DNA of 64,000 nt from Chrysemys picta bellii (GCF_011386835.1 NC_088812.1:13082001-13146000); one strand, 5' to 3'; counted from the stretch's first letter, positions 44,593 to 59,500 are shown. Notes: generated from the sequence alone by a model not told the origin. A program made the numbers and translations.

Positions 44593-47500
44593 GTAGGAAA
44601 AGCGACTGCGTCCTGCCCCCCCCGCCCCAGCGCGCCCCAATGCCTTTGCCCCCCCCAGGAGAGGAGGGGGGGGTTCCCATCTCCCCCCCCCCGCGCTCCC
44701 TGCACCTCCCGTTAGCCGCGGGGCCCGGCTCAGGCCTTTGTGCTGGGGGAAGTTCAGGGCGCTGCCCCCCCCCATGCCCCCCCCCCTCCGCAGCACCGCC
44801 CAGGGTGAAGATCTGCCCCCCCCCCTCCGCGCTGCTCCACCAAATGTAGGCAGGAGAATCGCTTTTCCGGGCACCCCCCCCCCCCACTACCACCACCACT
44901 CCCGGGCCGAGCTGGGCTACGCCCCCCACCCCGGAGTGTGGGGTGGACTGAGGTGTGGGGATGGGGGGGAGCTGATCTCCACTTCGGGGTTCAGGGGGGT
45001 CCCCGTGTTCCGGGGAGAGGGGGTTGATTGGTGGGTGAATATCCCAGGCAGGCCAGGCCTGGCACCAGATTCCCAGGGACGGAGGCACGTGGGTGCCAAG
45101 GGGGGGGACCCCGTCTGCTCCCCACCTCCCTCCGACTGTGGTTGGCTCTGGGTCTACCTGGGGGGGGGTCTGTGCCCCCCCGTGCAGGCAGAACGCGAGG
45201 GGGGTGTTATTGGCGTTGGGGTCAGAGTTAGGGGGTTTAGGGTCTTGCTGGGATTAGACTTTGGGTTTGGATTTTGGAGTGGGGTCTAGTGGGTTAGAGC
45301 TGGGGGTGGCTGGCAGCCAGGACTCCTGGGTTCTCTCCCTAGCTCTGGGAGGGGAGCGGGGTCTAGTGGTTGGCGGGGGGGGGGGGAGGGGCTGGGCGCC
45401 AGGACTCCTGGGTTCTCTCCTCAGCTCTGGGAGGGGAGCATGGTCTAGTGGTTAGGGGGGCTGGGAGCCAGGACTCCTGGGTTCTCTCCCCAGCTCTGGG
45501 AGGGGAGCCTAGCGTAGCCTGGGGGTTAACACAGTGGGGCCTGGGGAGGGGGGAGCAGGACTCCTGGTTTTAGTCCCAGCTCTGCCACTGGCTGGCAGTG
45601 TGACCTTGTGAGGGACAAGCCTCTGTGCCTCAGTTTCCCTGTCTGCAGAGTGGCGCGCGGGGGCAGGCGGGTGAATTCTCATGTCTCTGAATCCCAGCGA
45701 GACCCTCTGCCCTTCACAAGCCCCTTCTCCCACAGCGCCACCGGGGGGCAGAACCGTTGTGCCCTGTTATCGCGGGGGTAACAGCTGGAGTCTCTCTGTC
45801 CTATGGAGCAGGGATCCATGCAGCCCCCCGGGGGGCCTCCGATACACCCCCTCCCCCCGGACTCCAGATTACACCCAGATGGATGGCTCTGTAATCCAGA
45901 CCTCTCCCTCCCCTTTCGGGGCTCCCTTCTGCAGACCATGGCTTGGATCCCCCCCACCCCCTTGTCCCCGTGACATTAACGTCCTGAGCGTTGGAGATGA
46001 GTCTGCAGCACCAGAAGCCATGACTGACTGGCCCCATCACCCACCCCGAGTGTCCACCCCCCCACCCCCCCAGAGTCCGCCGCCGAGTCAGGCCGCGAAT
46101 GCCAGAAACGCAGGAGCTGGGGAGCAAAGTGAAGGCCTCCGAGAAGCCAGCGGTACACATGTAAAATCATTCCTTTGTGTGTGCGAGATCTGTCACTTTC
46201 CAAGCCACTGAACTTTCTCCAGGGGAGTGTGTGTCCTTGGCGGGTTCGTGTGTGCGAGTCTGGGGGATCAGCGCGTGTGTCGTCCGCGGTGTACTCGCGC
46301 TGGCCTTTTCTGTCAGAAGGGCTTTACAGGGTGTCGGCCCGTGTTTGGGGTGTTTTTTGCGTCCGTCTGTCTTTGTGCGCCCGGATTGTCTCCCTGTAAC
46401 TGCTGGTGCGTGTCGGGGTGTGTATTTGGGGCAGCGGCGTTTGGATGCGCACCTGTGACGTGGTTGCCGTATTGACGTGTGAGACGGTGAGTTTGTTGAC
46501 ATGCTGGTGAATTTGCTCTAGTGTGTCTGTGTTGGCGCGCGTGCGATGGTCGTGCGTGTGGCGTACTGGTGAGTCTGGGTGTGACAGTGGGGGGGGGGGT
46601 GAGTTTGTGGCGCACGGCCATTGGAGTGGTGTGTGCGTTTGCAGGGGAGCCGCTGGGTGTGAGTGCGTTGTCCGGGAATTTTGTAGATCTGGGTGTCCAG
46701 TCGGGCCCTGGGATTGTGGGACGCAGTGGGACATGGTCCACCCCACGTGGGCAGTTCTCAGCCACAAAACAGCCCCGCCCCCGGTGTCTGTAACGCAGCC
46801 GGGGACACAGGGAGTCAGAATACGTCTTCCCTGAAGTTAGGGGAATTTTTGCCTCATAATTTGCTGACTGTCTGAGTTACTCATCTCGAATGAGTGGAAA
46901 TGCTCTGGGGGGAACTCTGCAATTTAGGCCAGTTCGTGGGCTGTGACGTGTTAGTGATTGATTTTTGCGTATTTCCAGGGGTCCAGTGGCTCGGTGGCTG
47001 GTATTGTTTTGTTTTGTTTTGGGCAGCCCATGTTGCTGAGGCTCTGATCCGGGCGGGGAGTTTCTAGTTGCTTCATAAAAGTACCGTGACTAATAGACTT
47101 TTAAGGCCAGATAATCCCATCTGACCTCCTGCCTTGACCAGGCCGAAGGACCTTGCCGTTCCAGGCACCCAGCCCATATCGTGTGGTCGAGCTAGAACTA
47201 AGATCTCGACTGGACAGGAACTCAGCTCACGCTCCAGGGCCACCTAGTGTCCTGTCTCCGACAGGGGCCAGCACCAGATGCGTTAGAGGAGGATGTAAGA
47301 ACCCGCCTGTTAGCCCACACACCCCTGAGCGATGCAGTTAGAGAACCTAGTGTAGACAGCGCTGTGTGGCGGGAGTGCTTCTCCGAGCAGCACAGCTCCC
47401 GCCTCTCGTGGAGGTGAATTCACCGTGCCGATCTCCCGCTGGGGTAGTAGCGTCTTCGCTACGCACCGCACCTGCACCGGCGCAGCAAGGGACGTGGAGA

Positions 47501-50500
47501 CAGGCCCGGGGTCTCCCCCTCCCAGCTGTGTAAATGGCCGTCTGAGTCCTGAGCCAGTTTCTTACCTCTCTCTGCCCTCCCGGTGCCTCCTGGGATGTCC
47601 GCACTGCTTGGGAACCCGGCTCCGTGGATTCGGTGCTTCCCCACTTCATCGCCAGCCTGGGTTAACACTCGCTGGCCCCGGGGCTCCCAGCCGCGCCGCT
47701 GCGTCCACGCCTCTGTCTCGGGTCTGCGCCCACACTCCAAAACGCCGGGCTGGGACCTAAATCAGAGTGGGACTTGGTTCTGACCCCCCCTCCCCTGCTC
47801 CAGCTGGTCCTAGGACCCGGGTCCTGAGCACTTGCTAACCTGAGCCAGCCTGATTTGTGCGTGGATGGAAGTGGGGCTTGGCTCAAGCCTGAATCAGAGC
47901 CCAGCCTTTAGTGTGCAGGGTAGACGTACCTAAGAACCCCAGTCATGGGCCAGGGCCCCCTGGTGCTAGGTGCTGTACATTATTTAGGTCTATTACGGTA
48001 GCACCCAGGAGCCCCATACATGGGCCAGGGCCTCATGGCGCTTGGCGTGGGCTGGCAGATCTCTGGGAAAAGGCCGCGCTGGCCCCGGAGATATTTGACA
48101 TGATGGTTTAAAGAACCAGCCCCTCTTGTTAGCTTGAAATGAAACCCTCGGCCCTATAGCCTTTTGCTTGTGAGCTGCCTGGGGTCAGCGGGGCCCTGAC
48201 CTGCTCCAGCGAGCCGAATGCGAACTAGACATTATGCACCGGAGCAGCCCCCTCTGGGGAACCGGAGTGAGCGGCCTGCCAAGGGGAGCGGGGGGCACAA
48301 AACCTAACTGGCTTCACGACGGAGCTTGCTAAGTCTGTAGAGGGGACGGTCTGATGGGACTGCCCACAATGGCACGCAGCCGATCTGCGGCTACTAGCAA
48401 ATATCTCCACCGGCGGGGACGGGACACGACACTGGCTGGGGAGGGCTCTGAGTTACGACAGAGAATTCTTTCCTGCGTGTCTGGCTGGTGGGTCTCACCC
48501 ACATGCTCAGGGTCTAACTGATCACCAGATTTGGGGTCAGGAAGGAATTTCCGCCCCGGTCAGATTGGCAGAGACCCTGGGTGGTTTTCGCCTTCCTCTG
48601 CAGTGTGGGGCACTTGCAGGTTTCAACTAGTGTCAATGGTGGATTCTCTGTAACTTGGAGTTTTGAAACCAGGATCCAAGGACGTCAGTGACGGGGTCTG
48701 TCACGGGCGTGTGGGGGCGGGGTTCTGGACATGCAGGAGGCCAGACTAGGGTCTCTGGGTCTGAGCTGGCAAGGCCCACGCCTGAAAAAGGAACTGCGGT
48801 GTTGGGGTGCCGGGGGGACGACCCCAATTCCGAGTAGAATAATTACAACATGGCCGTGTAGGTGTCCAAATGGAAATCTGAGCAACAGGGAGGCTGTGTG
48901 GCCTAGTGGTAAAGCACGGCCTGGTATCCAGGAGGCCTGGTTCTAGCATTTTGGGCAAATCACTTCTTGCTCTGTGCCTCAACTTCTGCATCTGTGAAAT
49001 GGGGTTAATGATCCCACCCGCCCTCGGTCACGTGCTGTGGGAGCGGCGCTCGGTGCTGTTTGTTTTATGCCTGACAGTTTTCGATGTTTCTGTTAGTTTA
49101 AAAACAAAAAATCGGCCGGTGAATCTTGATCCTGCACCAACTTCCTCAGGTGCCTCACTTCCCGCTCCTGGGATGTGCCCTGAGCTTTGGGGGGGAGTTA
49201 AACGTGTGCGTGAAACGGGGCACTGGGGATACATCCACTAGGCCAAGCGTCCCAAAGGCCCGGCACCCACAGATCGGGCCTGGAGCTTGCCAAGATCCCA
49301 GCGAGGCGCGAGAAGGGGCTCGGCGAGAGCGTCGCAGTGGAGTTGTGCGGTGAAATGTTACCCTGGTAATACCATTATGAATGAGGGGTAATCGGGTAGC
49401 ACCCAGGCACTCCAGTCAAGGCCCCGTGTGCTGGGTGCTTGACGTGATTTATTAGGTGTATTACGGTAGCATCTAGGCGGCCCAGCCATAGACCCGCTCC
49501 CTGACATTGCTTCCTGGCAACATGAGCCCTTTTGCGAACCCGGCTCAGACGGTGGGCGCTGGGCACCGTGACCCACGACTGCCCTGCAGCCCCACCGCCT
49601 GACAGCAGCTTCAGCCCGTCCGGGAATGAAATGAATCTTTGCAAATGTAGGTAGCACTAGAAGGAACAAAAAAATGCATTGAGGAATGTCATTGTATCGG
49701 CCACACCCGGCTGGCATCACTGCCCAGGCATGTGGTGGTGTGTTCCTTAGTGATGTCACCCACCATTTCCTGTGGCGGGGGGAGAAGAGAGAGCGCCAGA
49801 GAGGACAATTCTCCTGCAGGCCAAGTTTAGCATCACTGGAGGTTCCTGTCCCTCTGTGACTGAGTCGTCCAAGTGTCACTGCAGGGGCTGGTGGGTGAAC
49901 GCAGGCCCGAGCGGTGCTTTTCAGAACAGGCACTTTGGGCTCCCGCGTTTGTGAGTTTTGTGTCCGGGGTTTGTTTTGAAATTCTCCGAGGCGTTGACCA
50001 AACTTTAGCTCAGTACAAAGATTTCCTCCAGAAACAGCATTTTAAAAACGATGACGACCGCACCCCCCCCCCCGCCCCATTCTTGTGTCTCCAAGCGCTT
50101 TGCAAAGGGGGACAGCGTCAGCGCTGGTTCGCAGCTGGGGAAACCGAGGCATGGCGCTGCAGACCCAAGAATTGAACGTAGATCGCCGGACTCCTGGCCC
50201 AGAACTGAGCCTTGCCCACGACCCTGCCTCCTCTCAGGGCCTGGGGCTGGTGCCTGCAAACCCGAGAGTGAAATTGACTAGAAACGGACTCTAAGCAAGT
50301 GTGAAACTGACCAGTCTGTTTTCACTTCGGAGCCGCCAACCCCCAGCCCTCAAAATCATGAGGTTGGCTTGAAAATCAGGAGATTTTATACAAATTGTTC
50401 TTCGGCACCTCCTCCTGTGTGAGCCTTTGGGGTCACACTCAGGTCACGTTTTCATGCTTTTCCCTGCAACCAGGAGGGCTAGAAATTTACTCTTTGGGTC

Positions 50501-53500
50501 CCCCCCCCCCATTAAAGCCGAGATTTTCGCCTGACCCTCTGGCTCCTGGAGCTGAGTCTCTCAGAGGAACACCAGATATTGTGAGACTCATGATAAGATC
50601 ATGAGCATTGGCAACGCATGGAGACCCGACGTTTAAAAACACAACAACCCAGGGTGGAAAAGTGATTAGTACCTACGAATCCCAGGCATGGACCCAGCCC
50701 CAGCTGTGCTCGGCGCTGTACAAACATACTTCAGATTGTTCCATTCCACTCACCTCTGGGGCGTGCCAAGAACCCAAGGCAAGGGGATGATTATGCCTTG
50801 AATAGCCATGCATTTGATAAGCTCTTACTGTCTCAGGCTTGGATTTTCAGAGGAAAACTGAAAATCTCGCCGGCACATCCCAGTTTAGGGCTCCACCAGG
50901 CTGTATAATAATTACACACTGGCTGGGCCAGTGGCGGAGACTGGCCCTACGGCCTGGTGGTCAGGGCTCTCGCCTGGGATAGCGGCAGGCGGAGCAGGGA
51001 GTGGAATCTGGGTTTCCAGCACCACCATGCTCTGATCCCTGGGCTGTTGGCTATTCCAGGTTCTGACCTGAAATCCCACCCTGGCCCGGGAACCGGCGGC
51101 ATCGAAACCGGCACGTTTACACGGAAAGTTTCGGTTGCCACAAACCGGCGTTTTCCCTGGTTTGGTTGAAGAACTCGGCGCAGAAGCTGCGCCGTTTCAT
51201 GCTCTCTGTCCGGCTGGCGCGCCTTCCCTGGGCATATTGGGTAGCAGCCTAACCACTCACAATGCCGGGCGCTGCATGTAGGGTCCCTGCCCCAGAGAGC
51301 TTCCAGTCTGGAGAGACAAGGGAGGGGCAATCCAGGGACAGCGCGGGGACGTGCCTGAGGTCACAGGCTGGGGCTCTGGTGTTGCTGGGAGAAGAACCCA
51401 GGCAGCCTCGCAGCCAGGCCCCTCAACCAACCTTGCTTCTGGAGCTGGGGAGAACCCAGGAGTCCTGACACGTCAGAACACTGTTCTGCCACCGGTCGAT
51501 TCACCAAACCCGCTCCCTCCCTTGCTCTCAATCCCACCGACATTTGTGGCCTCAATTCCTCCAAACCCACCCGCCTCTAACTCTCTCTGTCGCCCTGGGC
51601 ACGCAGCGTCGGGGGGTCTCCCCAAATACTGAGTCCTGTCGGCTTCATGGGGACGGCGCTGCAATACGGGGGCTAAGGGCGGCATTGGGGTAAGGGAGTT
51701 AGGCACACAACAGGAATCTGGCACCTAACTCCCCTGGGCCCTTTGACAATCCCTCCCCCCATCCCCCCTGCTGTACCATGTCTCTTTCCACGTCCCGCAG
51801 GGCCCCCCCGCCATCCCCTTTATCTACCAACTTGGCCAGGCCTCCCGCCCCTCCCCTGGCAGCTCTCTCCGCCCGCCTCGCTGCCACAGCCCCGACCTAC
51901 CACCTGGGCTTCTCGGAAGCCAAACCGTGTGCTCGGCCAACGCAGCGCGGGAGTGAAATGAGCAGCGGAGGGGAGAGGCGCTCGCGTCCCGTCCACCCTC
52001 CCAGAATAACCATGTTCACACATGATGCTGAGAACGTGGCTGGGGCCAAGTCACGTGCTTTAAGCGTGTTTCTTTTCTTGCCTGTGTGGACCTGCCTGGA
52101 GAGCCGCGTCCTGCCCCTCGTGGTTTGTTCCGCCCTCCAGGCTCGGCGGCAAAGGCAGAGCCGGTGGCTGGGAGGTGAAGCCAGAACCGTCCCGACTAGA
52201 CGTAGGCCCAAGTTGTGAACAGGAAGGGGAGCTGATCCTTGGACCCCCTGCCCCAGGCATGTGGGGTTTCTCCGTCTCTTGGAAGGCTGTGCCTTGAGAT
52301 GGGGCTTTGGCGAAGATCGGGTGTAGCTCAACCACAAGGTATGGGCTGGCTGCGGGAATCCTTGGGACAGGCTCTCTGACCTGGGGAGGTGTGTGTGGGG
52401 GAAACTGAGGCACAGACATGTCTTGCTCAAGATCCCGCAGCAAAGTGGGGTGAGAACCTAGGAGTCCTGGCTCCCAGCCCCGCTCAGTAAACTGATCACC
52501 TTCTCCTGTGCATCGGGAAAGCTTCAAATGAGGAAACGGGTGTCAGGGAAATTCAAGTGGGTGTTTCCCCTCTGACATTCGCCCCTGACCTGGTTTTGTT
52601 TCACCCTGTCTGGGCCCCTTTCCTGTCCCAGGTCTCCGGTGCTGGCCCTGATCCTGTTCAGTTTGGGGTCCCCTCTAGTGTCTTGAGAGAGACTCATTTC
52701 TGTCTCTGGTTTTGTGAAGGCGACTCTGCTCCCACCTGGCCCTGGACTCACTTCAGGCACCTCCCATCCCCTTCCCATACCGTGCCTCAGTTTCCCCAGC
52801 AGTGTCTCACAAGGAGGAGTTGATAGATTAGTATTTGCCAAGGGCTTTGAGCTCCCTGGACAGGGCAAAGCTTTGCTGATGAGCCAATGCATGTGGGCCT
52901 CTGGTGTTGCCCTCTGCTGGATGGCACAAGAATTGCTCACGTGTGGACCATAGATCCCATACTGCTTTGTGCTACTGGAGATTCCCCATTAACTCAGTGG
53001 GGCTGGGGGCTTTCGGAGCAGGGGGGGCTGAGTTCTAGACTTGTCGCTGTTGTGAGGCCCCGATGCTCTGTGCCTCACACACGCAGGCCCTGCAAATTCT
53101 GGGGCGAGTTCCAACTCCACGCCTGTCAGTGTCCCGCTCCCCAGAGACGCTCCCACGCCGGGCTGGGCTGGTGCCGGCTGCCCAGGGAGGAGCATTGGAC
53201 CAGCCCCAAGCGCTGCCCCGGGCCGCTGCTGTCCGGGAGCAGGGAGCCGGCTGCTGCAGGGGCGGATCCACGTGGGGAGCTGCCCGGCTGGGTCGCAGCC
53301 CCTCTCAGCTCCTGGGCCCAGGGACACCGGTGGTACCGTTCCCGCGGGAGCAGCCTTGGGAGCGGGGCAGACCTGGCCCGGCACAGGCCCCGGCTGACCG
53401 TGAGCACTTCGACCACATGGTTCAAATGGCTCCAGGAGCAACCAGAGTCTGTGAGAGCGAAGGGCTGAGAGGGCAGGGACAGAGGGCTGGGGTGGAGGCA

Positions 53501-56500
53501 GGGAGGGGCCGATGCCCCTCACTCCCGACCCGCAGCCCCCTGCTACCCAGCCCTGGGCCCCCCAGCTCTGCCGGTGCCCCTCACTCCCGACCTGCAGCCC
53601 CCTGTTAGCCCAGCCCTGGGCTCCCCCCAGCTCTGCCGGTTAGGGTGACCAGACAGCAAATGTGAAAAATCAGGACAGGGGGTGGGGGGGTAATAGGAGC
53701 CTATCTAAGAAAAAGACCCAAAAATCGGGACATCTGGTCACCCTATTGCCGGTGCCCCTCACTCCCGACCAGCAGCCCCCTGCTAGCCCAGCCCTGGGCT
53801 TCCCCCTTCCCCAGCGCTGCCAGTGCCCCTCACTCCCGACCCGCAGCCCCCGCTATCCCAGCCCTGGGCCTCTCCTGAGCTCCGAGCCAGCCTTTCCTGA
53901 ATGCTGCAGCGGTTTTGCAATGTGGAGCGACGCCCACACAGGGCGAAACGGATTCCCCCCCCCCCCCCGCCCCAGTGACCTCACTCAGCAAATCACAGCC
54001 CAGCCTGGGGAGCTGGGAGTTACTGTGCCCGGCCCCGCATGTGCATTGCACGCCCCTCGCACGCTGGGGCACAAGCGTTCTGGCCCTGTGGCTCTCCCCG
54101 TGCATCGCACGGCCCCTCCCTTCCATCCCCCAGTGCACATCCTGCCCTGCTGGGCCGGGGGGGGGGGGGGAGTCTGGGGAGAGGGAGGGGGGTCCAGCTG
54201 CGAAGGGCTTTGACTGCGGCCCAGGGGTTAGGGGCTGAGCCGTCCCTACAGGCCGGAGTTGGGGTTGGTTCCAGGCAGGCGGGACCTGGGTGGGGGAGGG
54301 TGTGTGTGAACTGAACACGGGGCCTGCAGTTCAGCGGGGGGGGGGGTGTTCCTGCTCCCCCCCAGCCCGGCTCTGCCCCAGGAATCCCCCCCTGCCCCAG
54401 GCACTGCCAGGCGGATCATCTGTGGCTCTGTCCTGGTGGGGCCCAGGGCAACGGCCGACCAGAGTCACCAGAACCCCAAGGAGCGCGTGGGCCAGTGGCT
54501 GGGAGCCCGGGCTCCTGACTCCTATTCGGGACTGTGCCACTGACTCCCTGTGTGACCTTGGCCCTGTCTCTTAGCCCCTCAGCTGGTGGCGGGCGTCTTA
54601 CGCTGTCGCTCGTTCCACTGGCATCCAGAGCGCCCCTGGGGGCGAGCGCTGCCTGGCACTCTGTGACGGGTGGGGCCGGAAGGTTACAGGCCTGGCTGGA
54701 GGCAGGTGGGTGCTTGCGAAGCCGGGGCTGTGACCCTGGAGGGATCCGGCTGGATTTCCGCAGAGGAACCTCCACCGCGGCTGAGTCAGCTTCCTCCCTC
54801 CCCGTTCCACCCTGCGCCGGGAGATAACCCCGAGGAGCCAGCCCGGCTGGCTGGGGGCCGGGCTAAGAACATACCCCTGCAGTGCTTGGCGAGCAGCACC
54901 ACCGCAGGCCAGGCAGTGGAGCAGTTGGGGAAACTGAGGCACGGGTGGGGGAAGGGACTCATCCGGGGTTGCACGGTGGGGTCATGGCAGAGCTGGGATC
55001 AGAATCCAGGAGTCCTGACAACTGAAGAGGGGGAGTTGGGCATGTGAGGGGCACCGGCAGAGCTGGGGGGAACCCAGGGCTAGGCTAGCAGGGGCTGCAG
55101 GTCGGGAGTGAGGGGCACCAGCAGGGCTGGGGGGGGGCAGGGCTGGGCTAACAGGGGCTGCGGGTCGGGAGTGAGGGGCACCGGCAGGGCTGGGGGGGGG
55201 CAGGGGCTGTGGGTCGGGAGTGAGGGGCACCGGCAGGGCTGGGGGGGGCAGGGCTGGGCTAGCAGGGGCTGTGGGTCAGGAGTGAGGGGCACCGGCAGGG
55301 CTGGGGGGGGCAGGGCTGGGCTAGCAGGGGCTGCAGGTCGGGAGTGAGGGGCACCGGCAGGGCTGGGCTAGCAGGGGCTGCGGGTTGGGAGTGAGAGGCA
55401 CAGGCAGTAGGTCTCCGGGGATGGGGGAGGTTCGATACTCCAGGTCGTGACCTCCCCCCCCCCCCACTGAAGAACTTTAATTCAATATTAAAGCTGTTTT
55501 GAGCCGCTTTCCTCATTGGGCAGCTCATTGTGATGTCACAATGGCCACATGGCTGACTTCAGCTTGTTTGCATGCTGCGTTCTGATTGGTTGGAGTTGGT
55601 GGCAGCACTGGGATTTTTGCTGCCTCTCCTGGGGGGCGGGGCATGTGTGTACATATCGGGGTCGCCGGGAATCACCCCCCGGGTCCCCAGGCATTTGCCC
55701 CAGGCCCATCAGGCCGGGAGGGGGCAGGAGTTGGGCGTTTAGCAGTTGGGGTTCCGTGATCAAGCCCTAGCCGGTGTGCGGGGATGGTTTGGGGGGTGAA
55801 GCCTCAGATTCGACCCCCTCAGACTCAGCCCCCCCGCATCCCCTCCAGGCCTCATGCCATTGACTGTACCTAGGATGGTTTAAACTGGCCCCCGTCATCA
55901 CTGACTTACTCAGGTCCCCGGTACCTGAGGCAGGGGGTTGTTACAATCAGGCCTCGGGTTCAATGGAAGCTCCCTTTGCCGTCTGTCCGCTGCCCCCAGC
56001 CTGCCCCCCGTCTCTCTCCCCTCCCCGCTAAGGACGGGGCAGGCAGCTCCTCTCTCTGTTGCTCCCTGAGACCCCTGGGCAGGAGGAAAGATTCAAAGAG
56101 CTGGAGGGGGAATGTGAGCCAGCCAGCTGCGGATCCCACCGCCCCCACCAACGTCCCTCGGGAGCCCCGCCCCCTGCTCACCAGCTCCTCCCCCTCTTGT
56201 CTCCCAGCAGCCTTATGTGTCAGTGGCCCAGCAGATGGCGCCCCCGAGTCCCAGCGGCAGCAACAACAACAGCAGCAGCAGCAGCAGCGGAGGCGGCGGG
56301 GGAGGCGGGGACCAGCTGAGCAAAACCAACCTGTACATCCGGGGCCTGCACCCGGGCACCACCGACCAGGACCTCGTCAAGCTGTGCCAGCCGTACGCCG
56401 GGGGGGGGCAGCGGGGCGGGATTGAGGGAAGCATCCATGGGGCTGATACATCCCCCCCAGTAGGGCGCAGAAATGGGGGATGGTGGGTGTCCGACATGGG

Positions 56501-59500
56501 GGGCGGGAGATGGGGGGTGTCCCACGTGGGGGAGATGGGAGATGGGGTGGATCTGACATAGGGGGGATTTGACATGGGGGGCGGGAGATGGGGGGTGTCC
56601 CACGTGGGGGAGATGGGAGATGGGATGGATCTGACGTAGGGGGGATCTGACATGGGGGGCGGGAGATGGGGTTCCCCACGTGGGGGGGCGGGAGATGGGG
56701 GGGATCTGACATGGGGGTGTCCCACGTGGGCACATGGGGTACCCTGGACGCTCCCTTAGACCTCAGCCAGAGGCTGAGATGCGGCCGTGACCCCGGGGCT
56801 CGTCCCCTCCAGATGCTGCTTCTGCCTGGGGCTCGGAACAGAGCCGGAGACCCCCCCATCTCCCTGCCCCCCCCAGCACTCCCTGCCTCCCCCCCCAGCA
56901 CTCCCAGCCCCCCCATCTCCCTGCCCCCCCAGCACTCCCAGCCCCCCCATCTTCCTGCCCCCCCAGCACTCCCTGCTTCCCCCCCAGCATTCCCAGCCCC
57001 CCCCATCTCCCTGCCCCCCCCTCCCCCCAGCACTCCCAGTCACCACAGCCACTGGTTTCCTTTGGGGGCAAGAATCCATCCTGGGCTCCCCCCCATGTCC
57101 GCCGGTGCCCCTCACTCCTGACCCGCAGCCCCCTGCTAGCCCAGCCCTGGGCTCCCCGTTTTGGGAAGGGCTTTGGGTGAGTCAGACTGGGGCCCCTGGA
57201 GCTCTGTGTGGGGCGGGGGGACGGGGGGGGCCCTGCTGGGCAGCAGCCCGTGGGGGTGGATCTGGCCGGGGAGAGGGGGGGCGGTTGCTGCCGTAGCCTC
57301 AGCTCACCCCAGTCGGGAATGCTGGAAGTGGCCCAGCGCCGGCGCCCGGCCTGGCAGCCCGTGCAGTTCGGATCAGGAATTCGCGGGGGGAGGGGCTCCG
57401 GGAGCTGCTCTCAGCTGGGGTGGGGGGGGGGGTAACCCCTTCAGGGATGGGTCAGGATTCGGGAGTGTTTCCACGTCTCCATCGCACCCCGATTTTTCCA
57501 GGGCCTGGCGCCTCCTGCTGTGACGCGGCTTCGCCCCCTTGGGGGGCTCGGGGTTGCTGGCTCCCGCGCGGTTTGTGAAGGGTTAATTCAGCCTCGCTAA
57601 TTGGGGAAACTGAGGCACAGGGAAAGGTGAAACGGGATGGGAGCGGAGGCTAGTGGTTAGAGTGAAGGGGGAGGAGGGGATGGAAACCAGGACTCCTGGG
57701 TTCTCTTTCCACCTGTGCCGTTGGCTGGCTCTGGGACCTAGGGGAAATCGCTCCCCCCCGCCTCAGTTTCCCCGCCACCCATTTCCATAGGTAGTGTCTA
57801 TCCAGGGCCATGGGCCTCTGCCACGTTCCCTGCCCTGCCTTTGGGCTCAGGGGGTCCCCCGGTGCCCACAGCGCCAGGGACTTGCTCAATCCGGCAGCTG
57901 GTCGGATTTCCTCCCCCACCCTGCCTGTCTCGCTCCCTCCCCGCCAGGAAATCCGGCCAGGCTGACCCGAGGGGGGATGGGCTGTTTCCTTCCCTGCCTT
58001 GGGGGGGGGGGAGGGGCACAGAAGTCATCTGCCCTTTAAAAGGCCCCCCCATGGCTGCTGCATCCTGGGGGAGGGGAAATCTCATGACCCCCAGTGCTGA
58101 AGGGGGGGGATCTGGGAACTGCCCTGCTGGGGATCCCCAACCTACCCCACCCCTGGCTTTGCAGCCGCTCTGTGGGGCGGGGGGGTGGGCTGAGACTCGC
58201 TGCCCCTAGGAATTCCTCATTTAACCCTTTCCCTGCTGGGGATCTTTCTTAGCCGGCACCAATGGGCATTCGCCCCAAGTTCAGAACTCTGCCCCCTATC
58301 CCCACCCCGGCTGCAGGATTCGCCTTCACTTCCCGGCCTAAATCAACGCGGCTGTTAAACAGCCCCTGCCCCACCCCAGAGGCAGCCGCAGCTCAGAGCC
58401 GGTCGAGGGATCCCTGTATAACCAGCCCCTGCCGAGGCAGCTGCAGCTCGGAGCCGGGCGAGGTTTGGGGGTGGCAGGCGCTGTGGGATACCCCGTTATG
58501 GATCCCGCTGGCCGCTCTGCCCCATGCCCACTGTAACTCTTCTCTTTGGCATCCCCCCTCCCCCCCCCAGATACGGCAAAATCGTTTCCACGAAAGCTAT
58601 CCTGGACAAGACGACCAACAAGTGCAAAGGTGAGGCCTGGTGCCCCACAGCGGCGCCACGGGAGGGTCCCTGGTTCCTTGGAACCCCCCTGCTGCTTTCC
58701 CCAGTAGTCTGGGCTCTGGATACATTCCAGCAAAGGGTCCCCATATACCCAGCCCCTGCGCCCACCTCAGCGCCAGGTGATGGGTCCCTGTATAACCTGC
58801 CCCTGCACCCCACCCCAGAGCCAGCCGCATCTCCATGCTGGGCGAGGGGTCCCCATATACCCAACCCCTGCGCCCCACCCCAGAGCCAGCCGCATCTCCG
58901 TGCTGGGCAAGAGGTCCCCATATACCCAACCCCTGCGCGCCCCCCCCCCCCCCCCCGAGCCAGCTGCATCTCCATGCTGGGCGAGGGGTCCCCATATACC
59001 CAACCCCTGCGCCCCCCCCCCCCCCCCCCGATCCAGCTGCATCTCAGCGCCAGGTGACGGGTCCCTGTATAACCTGCCCCTGCACCCCACCCCAGAGCCA
59101 GCTGCATCTCTGTGCCGGGCAAGGGGTCCCCGTATACCCAGCCCCTGTGCCCCACCCCAGAGCCAGCCACATCTCCGTGCTGGGCAAGGGGTCCCCGCAT
59201 ACCCAACCCCTGCACCCCACCCCAGAGCCAGCCGCATCTCTGTGCCGGGCAAGGGGTCCCCGCATACCCTGCCCTCACCCCAAAAGGGCCACCTCCCAGT
59301 GCCAGGTGAGGGGTTGCTGGGTGATGGGAAGCAAAAAATCCCATAAAGGGCTTTGAGACAACAAATCGCAAGATCCTAAATATCCAACACACGGGCTCTG
59401 GTTTGAGGCTGCAGGGTCCCCCCCCTCTGCCCCCCCGTCACTGTCCCTGCTTCTCTCCCAGGCTACGGCTTTGTCGATTTCGACAGCCCCACGGCGGCGC

